A stretch of 26,030 nucleotides of DNA from a virus (lineage: Duplodnaviria > Caudoviricetes): positions 1-26,030 of the IMG/VR virus record IMGVR_UViG_3300032243_000848; one strand, 5' to 3'. The notes beneath the pieces were generated by a model that was given only the letters and a program-made list of their open reading frames with translations, did not search any database and was not told where the DNA came from. This document shows, one piece after another, positions 23,157-26,030 of the stretch; position 1 is the first letter of the stretch; each line of letters starts with the position of its first letter. The position numbers were made by a program, and so were the translations under genes.

Positions 23157-23780
23157 TTATCTACCTTTGCCAGCTGGCGTTATGTGGAATTTGCTTTTTT
23201 GTGAACCAACAGGGCTGTTATTGCCTGCAGGTATTTCGTTTGTTGTTCCTTGACTTTGGAACTGCTTGTCTGTTACCTTGCCACCAGCAACGTCTGGATA
23301 TTCATATTTTTTTAGACCGGCAAACTCTTTCATTAGGTCGCTGATACGTGCTTCGCCCACTAGGTTGTCGGCTTTTTCAGTCATCATCTCAGGAGTATCT
23401 AATACACTCTCGCCTGCTTTTTGTAAATTGCTTTGTTCCAAACCAGCTAGTGCAGCTTCGTAGGGGCTGTTAGTTGGAGTTACACGAATACAGTTGGCTT
23501 CGCAACAACGGCATTCGGCAATCAACATACGCACTTGGGCATCAGTACAAGGATAGCATAGGCTTACATCGATGATATTAACTTCAACTGGCCCCAAATT
23601 TGGAAACTCTGGAGTTTCCTGTATTGGCAAACGCTTGGGCTTGCTGATGGTGTCCAGCTTGTACATCTCCAGTACTTGTTTGATTTTGTCAACGGTGTCA
23701 TCCATCATTTCGCAGGCTAGACGGATTCTAAAATCGTAACGTCTAGTGCTTTCTGTTAGATAGGCTTTAAATGCTTTCAT
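23157..23780 (-). CDS. Putative virion protein
   Basis: MKAFKAYLTE N-terminus; AGGA SD; CTAAATA box. Confidence 0.8.
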   Translation of the reverse strand: MKAFKAYLTESTRRYDFRIRLACEMMDDTVDKIKQVLEMYKLDTISKPKRLPIQETPEFPNLGPVEVNIIDVSLCYPCTDAQVRMLIAECRCCEANCIRVTPTNSPYEAALAGLEQSNLQKAGESVLDTPEMMTEKADNLVGEARISDLMKEFAGLKKYEYPDVAGGKVTDKQFQSQGTTNEIPAGNNSPVGSQKSKFHITPAGKGR

Positions 23781-23822
23781 ACTTTTTCCTAATATTAGAT
23801 ATTTAGCAGGTTTTGAGAATTA

Positions 23823-24311
23823 TCACTCTGGTTTCTTGAGGATTTGAGCCAATAGTGCGTTGCGGTCCAAGACTGTGCCTTCGCCTTCCACGCTATTTCC
23901 AGCGTCACCTGTGTCCTGACTCACCTGGTGATCCAGTCGCATTTTCTTCAATTGCAAATCGACCATACGTAATTTTTTATCCAATTTGGCCTGTTTGGCA
24001 GTAATGGCGTGTCCCAACAATACTCCTGCTGTTTGGAATATTTGTCCGCTAAATCTGCTGTCCACATTCATACCCAAATCCATTAAATCGTTGAACTTGT
24101 CTTTGGCCAAGGTGGCCAGTTCGTCCATTTCAACATCGCTGGCGTCCAGCCCACGGACTCCGGGCAAGGCCAAATCTATCTTATCGATAGCCAGATCAAT
24201 GTCTTTGAATACTGTCTGCTGTTCTTCAGTAATTTCTACAGCCGTTTCCTGTGTGGGCTCATCGGGCATCACAGGAGGCAAATTAAAAAGCTCTTCAAGT
24301 TTCTTTATCAT
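23823..24311 (-). CDS. Coiled-coil protein, possible terminase small subunit
   Basis: 162-aa helical ORF with gp16-like size and architecture; function inferred only. Confidence 0.45.
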   Translation of the reverse strand: MIKKLEELFNLPPVMPDEPTQETAVEITEEQQTVFKDIDLAIDKIDLALPGVRGLDASDVEMDELATLAKDKFNDLMDLGMNVDSRFSGQIFQTAGVLLGHAITAKQAKLDKKLRMVDLQLKKMRLDHQVSQDTGDAGNSVEGEGTVLDRNALLAQILKKPE

Positions 24312-24319
24312 ACCAGTAT

Positions 24320-24754
24320 TTATTTGGCACGACCTTGATGGAAAATTTGATCTTCGTTGACTACCCTAAACTGTAGTCCCTGGGCTGCACAGAATTTACG
24401 TGCCGCTTCCCATTTGAACATATTCAAGGCCACTGCCGCTTTATCCCTGGCGCTTTTGGCGCTTTCCATAGTGGATTCTTTTGTGGGTTTGATTTCAATT
24501 ACTTCCCCGTGGCGCTTGCCGTTTTTGTCTTGATATATGATTAAAAAGTCCGGCACATAGATGGTGTTCTTGCCTGTGAAAGGATTACGATAGTTTACGT
24601 GTATGGCCTCGCTGGCCCATTGCAGTATTGCAGGATTATTATCGCAAAAGTTCATAAATGTAAATTCCCAACTGCTGCGATAAGTGGGCACACCCTTGCC
24701 TATATATTTTTCAGGGTTTCTAATTTGAAATTTACCTTGGCTATATTTAGACAT
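24320..24754 (-). CDS. Head-completion nuclease (T4 gp4/TnsA-like)
   Basis: NPEKYIG, YRSSWE, WASE, YVPDF, IEIKP, KWEAA. Confidence 0.9.
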   Translation of the reverse strand: MSKYSQGKFQIRNPEKYIGKGVPTYRSSWEFTFMNFCDNNPAILQWASEAIHVNYRNPFTGKNTIYVPDFLIIYQDKNGKRHGEVIEIKPTKESTMESAKSARDKAAVALNMFKWEAARKFCAAQGLQFRVVNEDQIFHQGRAK

Positions 24755-24757
24755 AAT

Positions 24758-25138
24758 TTAAGGAAGAATAGTACGTGATACAAATCTATTAGTTTTTGTT
24801 GCAGTTTTAATGCCCAACAAACTGGTGTTAACTCTTGTTGAATTAAGGTACAGGGCCAATGTTCCCGTTAGATCGCCTATGGGCACTTTTTGGAATTGTT
24901 CCAGTACTTTCATAGGACTTTCTCTCTGTGCCTGTGCTGTGTCAATAATTGTCTGCACTAACAACTTGGCACTTGCAACATCACCCGTTTGCTGTTCAAA
25001 ATAACTTAATATAGCATCATTGACATCAGGGCTAACTGCTGTGGGGCTGGTGTTAAAATTATTGAAATAGGCCGTGGTCTTATTGGCACCTGTGCTGTTT
25101 AGATTACTGGCTCTTTGTGGATTAAATTCTTCTGCCAT
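24758..25138 (-). CDS. Hypothetical (likely structural) protein
   Basis: 126-aa ORF with AAGGA SD. Confidence 0.75.
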   Translation of the reverse strand: MAEEFNPQRASNLNSTGANKTTAYFNNFNTSPTAVSPDVNDAILSYFEQQTGDVASAKLLVQTIIDTAQAQRESPMKVLEQFQKVPIGDLTGTLALYLNSTRVNTSLLGIKTATKTNRFVSRTILP

Positions 25139-25147
25139 ATTGTGTCC

Positions 25148-26029
25148 TTAAGCGAAATCTTCTGACGGGCCTTCTTCATTGGACGCCATTGATGAGTCAT
25201 CGCCCCATCCTAATCCGTTATCGCCGCTGGCCTGTTGATTAAAACCTTCTTGATCTGGTGTCACGCTGTTAGCACCATCCCAACTGTAACTGCCGTCACT
25301 GGTTGCTGGTTGATTGGTACCGTCGATACCTCTGTCGGATAGTTTACCTGTTTCAATTGATCCCGAACTGGCTTCACTCCAACCTGGCTCTAAACTAGCT
25401 CTTGTAGGAACTATTCCAGTCACTTTACCTGCGCCGTCTGTATTTGTAATTTGACCTGTTTTATCAGTGATAATCCAGCCGCCTTCCCCGTCTGGTATTT
25501 TACTAACAATGTTGTCTGTTGGTTTAAATGGATTGAATTTACCATCCCCTGTCCAAGATCCCATAACATTTTTAATACTGCCGCTGGCACTGTCCCAGGC
25601 CTGATTGACAGATTTTGACAGTTCGTTAACGATAGGCTGTAGACCATTGTTGACTCCTCTAGCTAGATAAGCACCAGCAGCTGTGCTGGCTGCTGCAGAC
25701 AAGGTCCTACCAATTTGTGTTTTACCCAGGGCTGTGCTGTTCAAGGCTGAATTTAAATAACTGCCAGCGGTCAATCCAACCACACTACCAGTGGCAATGC
25801 TGATACCATTGGTAACCTGTGCGCTGACTGTGCCGCCCACTGTTGTGGTAATTCCTGTTCTTGGATCTGTTTTATATTGAACACCTGTACCGCTAGCTGC
25901 TATGCCGGTGGCCAACACTTGATCTCTGGTGTTGGCAGGTGTTGTATTTGTTCCGCTGGGATTATAGGTATTTTGTGTTCCGGGATAGGTACCTAATATA
26001 TTACCGTCCGCATCTTCGGTTACCTGAGT
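25148..26029 (-). CDS. 3' part of a long Gly/Thr/Ser-rich (likely tail/baseplate) protein, start outside window
   Basis: Frame stays open upstream of the track start 25918 to the window edge (TQVTEDADGNILGTYPG...). Confidence 0.75.
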   Translation of the reverse strand, partial: TQVTEDADGNILGTYPGTQNTYNPSGTNTTPANTRDQVLATGIAASGTGVQYKTDPRTGITTTVGGTVSAQVTNGISIATGSVVGLTAGSYLNSALNSTALGKTQIGRTLSAAASTAAGAYLARGVNNGLQPIVNELSKSVNQAWDSASGSIKNVMGSWTGDGKFNPFKPTDNIVSKIPDGEGGWIITDKTGQITNTDGAGKVTGIVPTRASLEPGWSEASSGSIETGKLSDRGIDGTNQPATSDGSYSWDGANSVTPDQEGFNQQASGDNGLGWGDDSSMASNEEGPSEDFA

Positions 26030-26030
26030 A

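Noticed and set aside
12004-25647. Numerous short plus-strand and alternate-frame ORFs over the minus-strand core genes
   Set aside because: Antisense or frame shadows of well-supported long CDSs, with no independent signals.

Overview
A 26 kb segment of a large T4-like (myovirus/jumbo-type) phage genome in the standard genetic code. The omega-subunit style hints at a proteobacterial host, which is inference. The left part (1-7.3 kb) is a minus-strand stable-RNA region with 17 CCA-ending tRNAs, tRNA fragments, several stem-closed putative structured RNAs, near-consensus sigma70 promoters, an rrn-like boxA and a phage rpoZ. It is interrupted by late-promoter enzyme cassettes (B12/radical SAM, cupin oxygenase, ketosynthase). 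The middle carries a nucleotidyltransferase-cupin fusion, a sulfotransferase, a TauD dioxygenase, uvsY, uvsX and gp32. The right part carries the large terminase, an HNH nuclease, probable prohead-processed head proteins and a gp4-like head-completion nuclease. The best candidate for a new system is an unannotated 46-codon leader peptide (6835-6975, minus) that contains all 20 amino acids (37 different codons) and overlaps an antiterminator/terminator switch at the head of the tRNA/ncRNA operon, i.e. a putative general tRNA-pool-sensing attenuator. Other highlights are an omega subunit lacking the ppGpp site-1 N-terminus, a 56-aa peptide resembling the FliG-binding C-terminus of FliF, and apparently leaderless late genes. 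All calls are by eye; no database searches were run.
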